Of a stretch of DNA of 64,000 bases, positions 45,705 through 54,814 are shown piece after piece; positions within the stretch are counted from its first letter, which is position 1; the number at the start of each line of letters is the position of its first letter. The position numbers were made by a program, and so were the translations under genes. This DNA is from an uncultured Gemmatimonadales bacterium (lineage in GTDB: Bacteria > Gemmatimonadota > Gemmatimonadetes > Gemmatimonadales > GWC2-71-9). Location of the stretch: assembly GCA_963779755.1 (NCBI GenBank), contig CAVZZO010000001.1, forward strand, positions 1,088,001 through 1,152,000, in the 5' to 3' direction. The notes under the pieces were generated by a model. The model did not search any database, was not told the origin of the DNA, and worked only from the letters and a program-made list of their open reading frames with translations.

Positions 45705-47411
45705 ATGGCGACCGCAGCGGCCGGCACTGAACGGCTCGGCGACATCCTCATTCGCGAAGGCCTGGTCACTCGCGAGCAGCTGGCCCAGGCCATCGCGGAA
45801 CAGAAGTCCAGCGGCTTCCGCCTGGGCTATGTCCTGGTCAACCTGGGCCTGGTGCAGGAGGTGGAAGTCACCAAGGTGCTGGCCCGGCAGTACCGCATGC
45901 CGGCGGTGGATCTTTCACGTTTCGAGGTCGACCCCAAGATCATCAAGCTGATCCCGTCGGAGTTCGCCACCAAGCACATCGTGCTGCCGCTCAAGCGCGA
46001 GGGCCGCACCCTGACGGTGGCGATGGCCGAACCCACCAACGCCGGCCTGATCGAGGACCTCAAGTTCATTACCCGGTACGATCTCTTCCCCGTCATTGCG
46101 GGCGAGTACACCCTGCGGGCCCTGATCGAGAAGCACTACGAATCGGGCGACCAGCAGCTGCAGTCGCTGTTGCGCGACATGGAAATCGAGGGCGACGTCG
46201 AGGTGGTGGAGGAGCAGGAAGAGGAGATCGCCACCCAGGCGCAGATCGACGACGCGCCGGTGGTGAAGCTGATCAACGGCCTGCTGATCGACGCGGTGAA
46301 GCGCGGCGCCAGCGACATCCACATCGAACCTTTCGAGCACGAAATCCGGGTGCGCTACCGGATCGACGGCGCGCTGCTCGAGGTGATGAAGCCGCCGGTC
46401 AAGATGAAAGCGGCGCTCACCTCGCGGATCAAGATTCTGAGCAACCTGAACATCGCCGAGCGGCGGGTGCCCCAGGACGGCCGGCTCAAGCTGAAGTTCG
46501 GCAACCGGGTAATCGACTTTCGCGTGAGCACCCTGCCGGTGCTCTTCGGCGAGAAGATCGTCCTCCGGATCCTGGACAAGGGCAACCTCACCCTCGACCT
46601 CACCAAGTTCGGGTTCGAACCCAAGTCCGAAAACGACCTCATGCGGGCCATCCTGAATCCCTACGGCATGGTGCTGGTCACCGGGCCGACGGGTTCGGGG
46701 AAGACGACCACGCTGTACTCGGCGCTGCAGCGGATCAACACCATGGAAGTCAACATCATGACCGCCGAGGATCCGGTCGAGTACAACCTGATGGGCATCA
46801 ACCAGGTGCTGGTGCGGAACGAAATCGGGCTCAGCTTCGCGGCGGCGCTGAAGGCGTTCCTGCGGCAGGATCCCAACATCATCATGATCGGCGAGATCCG
46901 CGACCTCGAAACCGGCAGCATCGCCATCAAGGCGGCGCTCACCGGCCATCTGGTGCTCTCCACCCTGCACACCAACGACGCGCCCAGCACCATTACCCGT
47001 ATGATCGACATGGGGGTGGAAGCCTTCAACGTGGCCAGCGCGGTCAATCTGGTCGCGGCCCAGCGGCTGGTGCGGCGGATCTGTGTGGACTGCAAGGCCC
47101 CGACCGAGTACAGCGACGACCAGCTCAAGGCGCTGGGGCCCGATCTCGAACAATATCGCCACTTTCCCTTCATGAAGGGGAAAGGGTGCGAGACTTGCAG
47201 CGGCACCGGCTACAAGGGCCGCGCCGGGTTGTACGAGGTGATGGCCCTCTCTCCCGAGTTGCGCCGGATGGTCCTCCGGGGAGCCTCGGTGGCCGAGCTG
47301 CGCGACCAGGCGGTCTCCGAGGGGATGCTGACGCTCCGGATGGACGGCATGAAGAAGGTCGAACGCGGGGTCACCACGCTCGAAGAGGTCATCAAGGAGA
47401 CGGCCGCATGA
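45705..47411 (+). CDS. pilB: Type IV pilus assembly ATPase PilB
   Basis: N-terminal MshEN-like RLGDILIREGLVT..QL..A, ASDIHIEP, GPTGSGKTTTLY, LRQDP, tetra-Cys motif. Confidence 0.95.
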   Translation: MATAAAGTERLGDILIREGLVTREQLAQAIAEQKSSGFRLGYVLVNLGLVQEVEVTKVLARQYRMPAVDLSRFEVDPKIIKLIPSEFATKHIVLPLKREGRTLTVAMAEPTNAGLIEDLKFITRYDLFPVIAGEYTLRALIEKHYESGDQQLQSLLRDMEIEGDVEVVEEQEEEIATQAQIDDAPVVKLINGLLIDAVKRGASDIHIEPFEHEIRVRYRIDGALLEVMKPPVKMKAALTSRIKILSNLNIAERRVPQDGRLKLKFGNRVIDFRVSTLPVLFGEKIVLRILDKGNLTLDLTKFGFEPKSENDLMRAILNPYGMVLVTGPTGSGKTTTLYSALQRINTMEVNIMTAEDPVEYNLMGINQVLVRNEIGLSFAAALKAFLRQDPNIIMIGEIRDLETGSIAIKAALTGHLVLSTLHTNDAPSTITRMIDMGVEAFNVASAVNLVAAQRLVRRICVDCKAPTEYSDDQLKALGPDLEQYRHFPFMKGKGCETCSGTGYKGRAGLYEVMALSPELRRMVLRGASVAELRDQAVSEGMLTLRMDGMKKVERGVTTLEEVIKETAA

Positions 47412-48535
47412 CGGTCAATCTGCGCGCGCTGCTGGAGGAAGTCATCGAAAAGGAGGCCTCGGACCTGCACATCACGGCAGGCGAGCGGCCCAAGCTCCGG
47501 ATCGACGGCGAGATCACCAATGCCTCGGCCCCGGACGTCCTCACGCCGAAGGACACGCTGCAGCTGGCCTATTCGGTTCTCACCGAAAACCAGAAGAAGC
47601 GCTTCGAGCAGGAGGACGAGCTCGACTTCTCCTTCGGCATCCAGAACCTGGCGCGCTTCCGCGGCAACGTCTTCAAGCAGCGGGGCTGCGTGGCCATGGT
47701 GATCCGGATGATCCCCTTCAACGTGAAGACCTTCCAGGATCTCGGCCTGCCGCCCATCGTGGCCCGGCTGGCGGAGAAGCCCCGGGGCCTGATTCTGGTC
47801 ACCGGCCCCACCGGGTCGGGCAAGTCCACCACCCTGGCGGCGGTCGTGGACAAGATCAACAAGGAGCGCAAGGGGCACATCATCACGGTGGAGGACCCGA
47901 TCGAATTCATCCACCGGCACCACGCCTGTATCATCAACCAGCGAGAAGTAGGCACCGACACCAAGAGCTTCGCCAACGCGCTGAAGTACGCCCTGCGCGA
48001 AGACCCGGACGTGATCCTGGTGGGTGAGATGCGCGACCTCGAAACGGTCGCCGCCACCCTCACCATCGCGGAAACGGGCCACCTGGCCCTGGCGACGCTG
48101 CACACCAATTCGGCGGCGGAGTCCATCAACCGCATCATCGACGTCTTCCCCTCCAACCAGCAGTCGCAGGTACGGGCCCAGCTCGCCTTCGTGCTGGAAG
48201 GAGTCATCACCCAGACCCTGCTGCAGAAGTCCCGCGGCCGGGGGCGGGTCATGGCGGCGGAAATCATGGTGGCCACGCCCGCCATCCGCGCCCTCATCCG
48301 CGATGACAAGATCCACCAGATCTACTCGGCCATGCAGGCCGGCAAGAAGCACGGCATGCAGACCATGAACGACGCGCTGTACCAGTTGTTCGTCGAGCGC
48401 GAAATCACCCAGGAAGAGGCGCTCCGGGTGAGCAGCGATCCCAACGAGTTCCTCCGCATGATCGGCGAGACCCCCCAGGGAGACCAGGACATCGTCTCCG
48501 TCGACAAATCCGCCCGTCCCGCGCTGCGGCGCTGA
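47408..48535 (+). CDS. pilT: Type IV pilus retraction ATPase PilT
   Basis: ASDLHI, GPTGSGKSTT, ALREDPD, AETGHL, AIRALIR. Confidence 0.95.
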   Translation: MTVNLRALLEEVIEKEASDLHITAGERPKLRIDGEITNASAPDVLTPKDTLQLAYSVLTENQKKRFEQEDELDFSFGIQNLARFRGNVFKQRGCVAMVIRMIPFNVKTFQDLGLPPIVARLAEKPRGLILVTGPTGSGKSTTLAAVVDKINKERKGHIITVEDPIEFIHRHHACIINQREVGTDTKSFANALKYALREDPDVILVGEMRDLETVAATLTIAETGHLALATLHTNSAAESINRIIDVFPSNQQSQVRAQLAFVLEGVITQTLLQKSRGRGRVMAAEIMVATPAIRALIRDDKIHQIYSAMQAGKKHGMQTMNDALYQLFVEREITQEEALRVSSDPNEFLRMIGETPQGDQDIVSVDKSARPALRR

Positions 48536-48552
48536 CCACCAGGAGCTGAGGC

Positions 48553-49755
48553 ATGCCTCTCTTCGAGTACACCGCCCGGAACCAGCAGACCGGGCAGATC
48601 ATGAAGGGCCAGCAGGAGGCCCCCAATCAGGACGAGGTCATGAAGTTCCTGCGCAAGAACCGCCTGGCCGTTATCAACGTCCGCCAGGCGCCGAAGGAGA
48701 TCAAGCTCAGCCTCGGCGGCGGCATCAAGACCCGGGACATCGTGATCTTTACCCGGCAGTTCGCCACGATGATCAACGCGGGCCTGCCGCTGGTGCAGTC
48801 GCTCGACATCCTGGCCCAGCAGACGGAAAACAAGAAGCTCAAGGAGATCGTCCGCCAGGTCGTGTACGATGTCGAAAGCGGCAACACCCTGGCCGACGCC
48901 TTCCGCAAGCACCCCAAGGCCTTCACCGAGCTGTACGTCAACATGGTCGCCGCCGGCGAGGCCGGCGGTATTCTCGACACCATCCTGCTCCGGCTCGCCA
49001 CCTTCCTGGAGAAGAGCGATGCCCTGGTGCGCAAGGTGAAGAGCGCCATGATCTACCCGGGGGTGATCTTCACCGTGGCCGCGGTCGCCGTGGCCGTGCT
49101 GCTGATCTTCGTCATCCCCACCTTCCAGAACATGTTTGCCTCGGTGAACCTGGAACTGCCCCTGCCCACCCGGATCGTGATCGGCGCGTCCGACCTGCTG
49201 ATCAGCTACTGGTGGCTCATCATCGGCGTGCTGGCGCTGAGCGTCGTCGGCGTCAACCGCTACTACCAGACCTACGAGGGGCGCAAGAAGCTCGATCAGA
49301 TGATGCTCAACGCCCCGGTGCTGGGCGACCTGCTGCGCAAGTCGGCCGTCTCCCGTTTCACCCGCACCCTGGGCACCCTGATCTCCTCCGGCGTCTCCAT
49401 TCTGGACGGCCTCGAGATCACGGCCAAGACGGCCGGCAATCGCGTGGTGCACGATGCGGTCATGGCGTCGCGCCAGTCCATCGCGGGCGGGGAAACCATC
49501 GCCCAGCCGCTCGACCGCTCCGGCGTCTTCCCTCCCATGGTGATCAGCATGATCGCCGTGGGCGAGCAGACCGGCGGCCTGGACGAAATGCTGACCAAGA
49601 TCGCCGACTTCTACGATGATGAGGTCGACGTCGCCGTGGGCGCCCTGCTCTCCCTCATGGAGCCCATCATGATCGTGGTCCTGGGCGTCATTGTGGGCGG
49701 CATGGTGGTCGCCATGTACCTGCCGATCTTCGATATGGTGAACGCGGTGCAGTAG
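48553..49755 (+). CDS. pilC: Type IV pilus inner-membrane platform PilC
   Basis: FTRQFATMINAGLPL, AGEAGGILD, VGEQTGGLDEML, AMYLPIF. Confidence 0.95.
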   Translation: MPLFEYTARNQQTGQIMKGQQEAPNQDEVMKFLRKNRLAVINVRQAPKEIKLSLGGGIKTRDIVIFTRQFATMINAGLPLVQSLDILAQQTENKKLKEIVRQVVYDVESGNTLADAFRKHPKAFTELYVNMVAAGEAGGILDTILLRLATFLEKSDALVRKVKSAMIYPGVIFTVAAVAVAVLLIFVIPTFQNMFASVNLELPLPTRIVIGASDLLISYWWLIIGVLALSVVGVNRYYQTYEGRKKLDQMMLNAPVLGDLLRKSAVSRFTRTLGTLISSGVSILDGLEITAKTAGNRVVHDAVMASRQSIAGGETIAQPLDRSGVFPPMVISMIAVGEQTGGLDEMLTKIADFYDDEVDVAVGALLSLMEPIMIVVLGVIVGGMVVAMYLPIFDMVNAVQ

Positions 49756-49786
49756 GACGGCAGGGCGGCAGGACGGCAGGACGGCA
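49755..49786. repeat. Octamer tandem repeat (GGACGGCA)x4
   Basis: ggacggca gggcggca ggacggca ggacggca. Confidence 0.75.
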
Positions 49787-49790
49787 AGGG

Positions 49791-49816
49791 GGCCCCGGAG
49801 CGATCCGGGGCCTTTT
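49791..49816 (+). terminator. Rho-independent terminator after pilC
   Basis: GGCCCCGGA-gcga-TCCGGGGCC-TTTT. Confidence 0.8.
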
Positions 49817-49915
49817 GCATGTGCGATGCGATGGCCAGGCGCCTCACAGGGGCCACCGGGGGGCCCTTCCCTCTGGGGAAAGGGGCCAGAGGGTAGGCCT
49901 ATCGAGGGCCGGTGT

Positions 49916-50563
49916 ATGTTGCAGCCTGGCCCAAAGGAGCATCCTCTGGACACTCTCAGCGTTTCCGGTCTTACCCGGCGGTATGGCTCGCGCCTCGTGC
50001 TCGACGGGATCGATCTCGTCGTCCCGGCCGGCTCCCTCACCGCCGTGATCGGTCCCAACGGAGCGGGGAAGACCACGCTGCTGCGCTGCATCGTGGGCGC
50101 GGAACGGCCCGATGCCGGCCACGTGCAGCTGGACGGACGGCCCCTGGACGAAACCGATCCCCGGGTGCGCGCCGCCATGGCGGCGGCGCTCGACGACATG
50201 GGCTTCTTTTCCGACCTGTCCGTGGCGGAGCACCTGGAGCTTCTCGCGCTGGCGCACGGCAGCGATCCCGCCGTCGTTCCCGGCGTCATGGCCGATCTCG
50301 GGCTGGAACCGGCCCGCGACCAGCTCCCCGCCACCCTCTCCAGCGGACAGCGCCGCCGGCTGGCGCTTGCTTCCTGCTTCGTTCGCCCGCGGCGGCTCCT
50401 GGTGCTGGACGAGCCGGAACAGCGGCTGGACGACCGCGGGCGCGCGTGGCTCACACGCCGCCTGCTGGAGGAGAAAGCAGCCGGGACGGCCGTGCTGATG
50501 GCCTCGCACGACGCCGCGCTGGTGGAGGAGGTGGCCGACGCGCTGGTCGAGCTCGGCGGGTGA
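49916..50563 (+). CDS. ABC transporter ATP-binding protein
   Basis: GPNGAGKT, LSSGQRRR, VLDEPEQRLD, MASHD; start uncertain. Confidence 0.9.
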   Translation: MLQPGPKEHPLDTLSVSGLTRRYGSRLVLDGIDLVVPAGSLTAVIGPNGAGKTTLLRCIVGAERPDAGHVQLDGRPLDETDPRVRAAMAAALDDMGFFSDLSVAEHLELLALAHGSDPAVVPGVMADLGLEPARDQLPATLSSGQRRRLALASCFVRPRRLLVLDEPEQRLDDRGRAWLTRRLLEEKAAGTAVLMASHDAALVEEVADALVELGG

Positions 50564-51954
50564 GCGCGCCCCCGCCTGTCGCCGTTCCGGCGGCCCGAAC
50601 CTGGCGCGCGCGCCTCAGGCGCGCACGCCGCGCCCACGGCCGCCGCGCCGCCGGCGAGCTGCTCACTGATGCATACATGCTGCTGTGGCTCGTCGTGGTC
50701 TACGGCGGGATCGCCGTTTCGACCCTGCGGCGCCACCTGGTGCTGGCCGCGGGTCCACCTCCCGCGGACCGGATCTGGATCGTCGCCGCCGCGCTGCTCC
50801 TGTCGGCCGGCCTGCTGCTGGGCGGCCTGCTCGCGCTGGGCCCGATGCTGGTGTCGGCCGCGGAACAGACCTGGGGGCTCTCCACCCCGATCAGCCGCCG
50901 GGGTTGGCTGCTGCCGCGGTCCGGATGGATGATCCTGGGCAGCGCGGCCGGTGCGGCGCTGCTGGCCGGCATCATCGCCCTGCTCGGATTCGGCAGCGGC
51001 ACGCTGCTGGCGGCGGGCGCGGGCGCCTGTTGGGGGGCGGCCGCCGTGGGCTGGGGCATTCTGGGCCAGGGAGATCGGGCTGTGCGGCGCCGGGTCCGCT
51101 GGGCCGGGCTGGTGCTGCTGGGAGGCGGCGCTGCGGCCGCGCTGGCGGGCGTGCTGCAGCACTATGGCGGACTGGTTGCCTCCCGGCCGGACCCGCGGGC
51201 CGGCAAACTGGCGGCGGCGTCGGCGGGGGTGCTGGCCGTGTGGGGCGTCGCGCGCGCGCTCGCACGTCTGGGGAAGCTTGATCGGGTGGCGCTGAGCGCG
51301 GGCGTCGAGGTGGCCGGTGCCGCGGCAACCGCCGCCGTGTGGATCGACCCGGCGCTGCTCGCGGGCACGCTCGATACCCGGCGCTGGCGCCGGGTCGGCA
51401 GCGTCAGAAGCCGGCCCTTCTTCCACCGGGTATCTGGCCGGGCGGCCGCGCTCTTCCAGGCCGATCTGCGGCGCGCCGGCCGCCGCCCGCTCCCGGTGGT
51501 GCTCTGGGCGGCGCTGGCCCTGGCGCAGTACGCGGTGGCGGTCGTCGCGCCGGCGGCGGCGTCCCTCACCTGGGTGATTGGCGCCTATCTCTCGGCCGGC
51601 CGGTTGACCTGGGGGCTCAGAACCGTCGCGAACGCGGGCGGCCTGCGGCGCGCGCTGGGCGGGAGCGACCGCCTGTTGCGCCTGGTTCATCTCGGGGTGC
51701 CCGGGGCGGCGCTGCTGCTCTGGTATCTGCTGACCTGGCCGGTCGCACCCCACGTCGGGCCCGCCGATCTGCTCATTCTGGGCGGCATCCTGGCCGCGGT
51801 ATACCGCGCGGCCACCCGCGGGCCCGTATCCTATGATACGGGCATGCTCGAGACTCCGCTGGGCCTTCTCCCCATCGGCCTGCTGCTGCAGCTGGCGCGC
51901 GGACCCGACGCGCTCGGCCTGGTGCTCATCGCGGAGCTGGTGCTGCGGCGCTGA
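50560..51954 (+). CDS. Multi-pass membrane protein, probable ABC permease (DUF6297-like)
   Basis: GTG overlaps the ATPase stop; many TM segments; C-terminal ETPLGLLP..LLLQLARGPD. Confidence 0.7.
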   Translation: MSAPPPVAVPAARTWRARLRRARRAHGRRAAGELLTDAYMLLWLVVVYGGIAVSTLRRHLVLAAGPPPADRIWIVAAALLLSAGLLLGGLLALGPMLVSAAEQTWGLSTPISRRGWLLPRSGWMILGSAAGAALLAGIIALLGFGSGTLLAAGAGACWGAAAVGWGILGQGDRAVRRRVRWAGLVLLGGGAAAALAGVLQHYGGLVASRPDPRAGKLAAASAGVLAVWGVARALARLGKLDRVALSAGVEVAGAAATAAVWIDPALLAGTLDTRRWRRVGSVRSRPFFHRVSGRAAALFQADLRRAGRRPLPVVLWAALALAQYAVAVVAPAAASLTWVIGAYLSAGRLTWGLRTVANAGGLRRALGGSDRLLRLVHLGVPGAALLLWYLLTWPVAPHVGPADLLILGGILAAVYRAATRGPVSYDTGMLETPLGLLPIGLLLQLARGPDALGLVLIAELVLRR

Positions 51955-52522
51955 CAGGCTCCAGGGTCACCTCGACCCCACGCCGCAGCGTCTGCAGGAC
52001 GACACAACTGTATTCCGCGGCCGCGAGCAGCCGGACGACATCGTCCCGGCTCACGCCGGCTTCGGTGTCGAGCGCTACGCGGCAGCGCATCCCCTGAAAG
52101 CCCACGCGGGTAGCGCGGTCTACCACCAGCGTGCCGCGCACATCCACCCGGCCGGTAACATCGACTTCCAGGCGCCGCAGGTGCAGGCCCATCCGGTCGG
52201 CGATCATCCGGGTGGTGGAATCGAAGCAGGCGGCGAGCGCGGCGCAGAGGATGTCGCCCGGATTGGGAAGGTCGTGATCGCCGCCCACCGCCCCGTGGAT
52301 GCCGTAGTCCCACGCGAGGCCATACTCCCGGCTGCCCGGCCGCAGCCGGCCGTGGACCGGGTCCAGGCCGGTACCGCCCTCGGCCACCGCCCGATCGGTG
52401 ATGAGGGCCGCCTCGGGTTGCACGCGGTAGCGGGCCCGCAGCGGCTCCTGCCGTTCGCGAACCCCGGGGCGGGGAAGGGTGGGCGTTTCCCCCTCCCCCT
52501 GTTCCCGCTTCCCGGCAGTCAT
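51926..52522 (-). CDS. OsmC family protein
   Basis: PNPGDILCAALAAC...AEYSCVVLQTL (two-Cys pattern). Confidence 0.85.
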   Translation of the reverse strand: MTAGKREQGEGETPTLPRPGVRERQEPLRARYRVQPEAALITDRAVAEGGTGLDPVHGRLRPGSREYGLAWDYGIHGAVGGDHDLPNPGDILCAALAACFDSTTRMIADRMGLHLRRLEVDVTGRVDVRGTLVVDRATRVGFQGMRCRVALDTEAGVSRDDVVRLLAAAEYSCVVLQTLRRGVEVTLEPVSAAAPAPR

Positions 52523-53604
52523 GGCTTCGCTTCCAGGATCATATTGAACGGCGTCTCGGTGGCTCGCCGGACCCGGGAGAACCCGGCCTTCCTGAGCAGC
52601 TGGGTGAGCCGGGCTTCACCGGCCTGAGCGCCCAGCGCGGCGGCGCCCTCCTGCGAGCGCGAGTTGGGGGTGCAGAGAAAGGTCGAAGCGGCGTAGAAGA
52701 GCCGGCTCACCGGATTGAGGTTGTCCTCCACCGCATCCCCGGCCCGGGGCTCCACCAGCAGCAGGGTACCGTCCGGGGCCAGCGATTGCCGGGCGTGGCG
52801 TGCCGCGCCCAGCGGGTCGCCCAGGTCATGCAGACAATCGAAGAAGCAGATCAGGTCATAGCCCGAACCGCTGAATTCCCGGGCCAAGGCGCGCTGGAAT
52901 TCGACCCGGTCGTCCACACCGGCCTCCTGCGCACGTTTCCGTGCCGTCTCGATCGAGCCCTGGTGGTAGTCGAACGCGCGGAACCGGGAGGCCGGGTAGG
53001 CCTCGGCCATCGCGATGGTCGAGGCTCCATGGCCGCAGCCCACGTCGGCTACCAGCGCCCCACGCCTGAGCTTGTCTTCAACCCCCTCCAGGGCCGGGAT
53101 CCACTCCGCGGCCAGGTGGGCGCGGTAGCCCGGGCGGAAGAGCAACTCGGTGCCCCCGAAGAGCCGGTGGTCGTGCTCGTGCCATCCCATGCCCTCGCCC
53201 GATCGGAAAACGTCCACCATCCGCTCCGCGTCCGCCCACATCGCGGCAATCACGTCGAAGCCGCCCACCAGGAAGAAGGGAGAGCTGGCATCGGCCAGCA
53301 ACGCCGCGTGCTCCGCGGGCAGGCAATAGGTGCCGCCTGACGGGTCGTAGTCGACGTATCCCCCCGCGGCCTGATTGTTGAGCCATTCCCGGATGTATCG
53401 TTCGTGCGTGCCGGTCTTCGCGGCCAGCTGCGCCGGGGTGAGCGGGCCGGCGCCGGCCATCGCCCGGTACAGCCCCAGCCGGTGTCCCACCAGCGTGAGC
53501 GCGCCGGACGCGACGGAGGCCATATCGCCCACGGCGCGGTGCAGGAAGGTCTCCAGCCGTGCGGGATCAACCGCGGGGGCGTCCGGTTGCATCTGTGTGG
53601 TCAT
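52519..53604 (-). CDS. Class I SAM methyltransferase with an N-terminal wHTH (Rv2258c-like)
   Basis: HERYIREWL, VADVGCGHG, FFDCLHDLGDP, LGAQAGE. Confidence 0.9.
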   Translation of the reverse strand: MTTQMQPDAPAVDPARLETFLHRAVGDMASVASGALTLVGHRLGLYRAMAGAGPLTPAQLAAKTGTHERYIREWLNNQAAGGYVDYDPSGGTYCLPAEHAALLADASSPFFLVGGFDVIAAMWADAERMVDVFRSGEGMGWHEHDHRLFGGTELLFRPGYRAHLAAEWIPALEGVEDKLRRGALVADVGCGHGASTIAMAEAYPASRFRAFDYHQGSIETARKRAQEAGVDDRVEFQRALAREFSGSGYDLICFFDCLHDLGDPLGAARHARQSLAPDGTLLLVEPRAGDAVEDNLNPVSRLFYAASTFLCTPNSRSQEGAAALGAQAGEARLTQLLRKAGFSRVRRATETPFNMILEAKP

Positions 53605-53747
53605 CTTGCCTCCTTGCGTCGGGGAAGTGTGGGCGCTCGCGGCGCCACCCGGACAGTGGGCCTGCGGCGCGGAGGCGACAATGACCGAAACGCCGGAAGT
53701 GTTGACCGGAACGCCGTGCGGTCCTATGGTGCGAGGGAGGCAGGTTC

Positions 53748-54770
53748 ATGGACGTACTCTCCGACGTACTTCGGGTCATTCATCTGCAGGGCGCCGTCTT
53801 CTTTACCGCCGATCTCTCCGGCCCCTGGTCGGTCGCCTCTCCCGAACCTGACCGGCTGGCGCGGCTCCTGGGGATTCGGGCGGAGTGCGTCTCGCTCTTC
53901 CACCTGGTGGTGGCGGGCCGCTGCTGGCTGGCCCTGGGCGGCGCGGAGCCGGTCGAGGCTCGCGCCGGCGATGTCGTCATCCTTCCCCGCGGCGATGCCC
54001 ACCGGCTGGGCAGCGATCCGTCGCTACCGCCTATCCGGCTCAAGTCCATCTTCTATACCTGGAGCGGTCCGGAGGTGCCCCGCCTCGCCCACGGTTCGGG
54101 GGGCGATCCCACCCGGCTCATCTGCGGTTACCTTCACTGCGACCAGCAGTTCAATCCTCTGGTGGGCGCGCTGCCACCGCTGCTGGTCGACCGGCCGGCG
54201 AAAGGGAGCATGCTCGCCGCCCCCGCCGCGGGGCGACCGAGCTGGCTCCGGAGCGATGGTCCGGATGCCGGCGGCGAATGGCTGGCGCGCACCTTTCGCC
54301 ACGCCGCCGAAGAGGCGGAGGCGCGGCGCCCGGGAAGCGCCGTCATGCTGCCCCGGCTGGCGGAGCTGATGTATGTGGAGGTGCTGCGGCGATATCTACG
54401 CCTGTTGCCGGCGGGGCAAACCGGGTGGCTGGCCGCGACCCGCGATCCGCAGGTGGGCCACGCGCTGCGTCTGCTGCACGAGAAGCCGGGCCATCGCTGG
54501 ACCGTGCCGGAGCTGGCCCGGGCCGTGGGTCTCTCCCGCTCGGCGCTGGGCAAGCGGTTCCAGGACCTGGTCGGCCAGCCACCGATGCGCTACCTGGCGG
54601 GTTGGCGCATGAACCTGGCGCAGCAGCTGCTGCGCCAGCCGGAGCTCAGCATTCCGCAGATCGCCGGTCGGGTCGGCTTTGACTCCGACGTTGCGTTCCA
54701 TCGCGCCTTCAAGCGTGCCGTCGGCTGTCCACCCGCCCGGTGGAGGGACGAGCAGAGGTCCAGGCACTGA
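53748..54770 (+). CDS. AraC family regulator with a cupin domain
   Basis: MDVLSDVL; GLSRSALGKRF..LVGQPPMRYL; GFDSDVAFHRAFKR. Confidence 0.93.
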   Translation: MDVLSDVLRVIHLQGAVFFTADLSGPWSVASPEPDRLARLLGIRAECVSLFHLVVAGRCWLALGGAEPVEARAGDVVILPRGDAHRLGSDPSLPPIRLKSIFYTWSGPEVPRLAHGSGGDPTRLICGYLHCDQQFNPLVGALPPLLVDRPAKGSMLAAPAAGRPSWLRSDGPDAGGEWLARTFRHAAEEAEARRPGSAVMLPRLAELMYVEVLRRYLRLLPAGQTGWLAATRDPQVGHALRLLHEKPGHRWTVPELARAVGLSRSALGKRFQDLVGQPPMRYLAGWRMNLAQQLLRQPELSIPQIAGRVGFDSDVAFHRAFKRAVGCPPARWRDEQRSRH

Positions 54771-54814
54771 GGGCGGGCTCTTCCACTCACCCGGCCCATC
54801 CGGCCCACTCGATC

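Noticed and set aside
49794..49812. 19-nt identity (CCCGGAGCGATCCGGGGCC) between the pilC terminator and riboswitch P2
   Set aside because: It lacks the other riboswitch elements; best explained by a favoured GC stem with a GCGA tetraloop.
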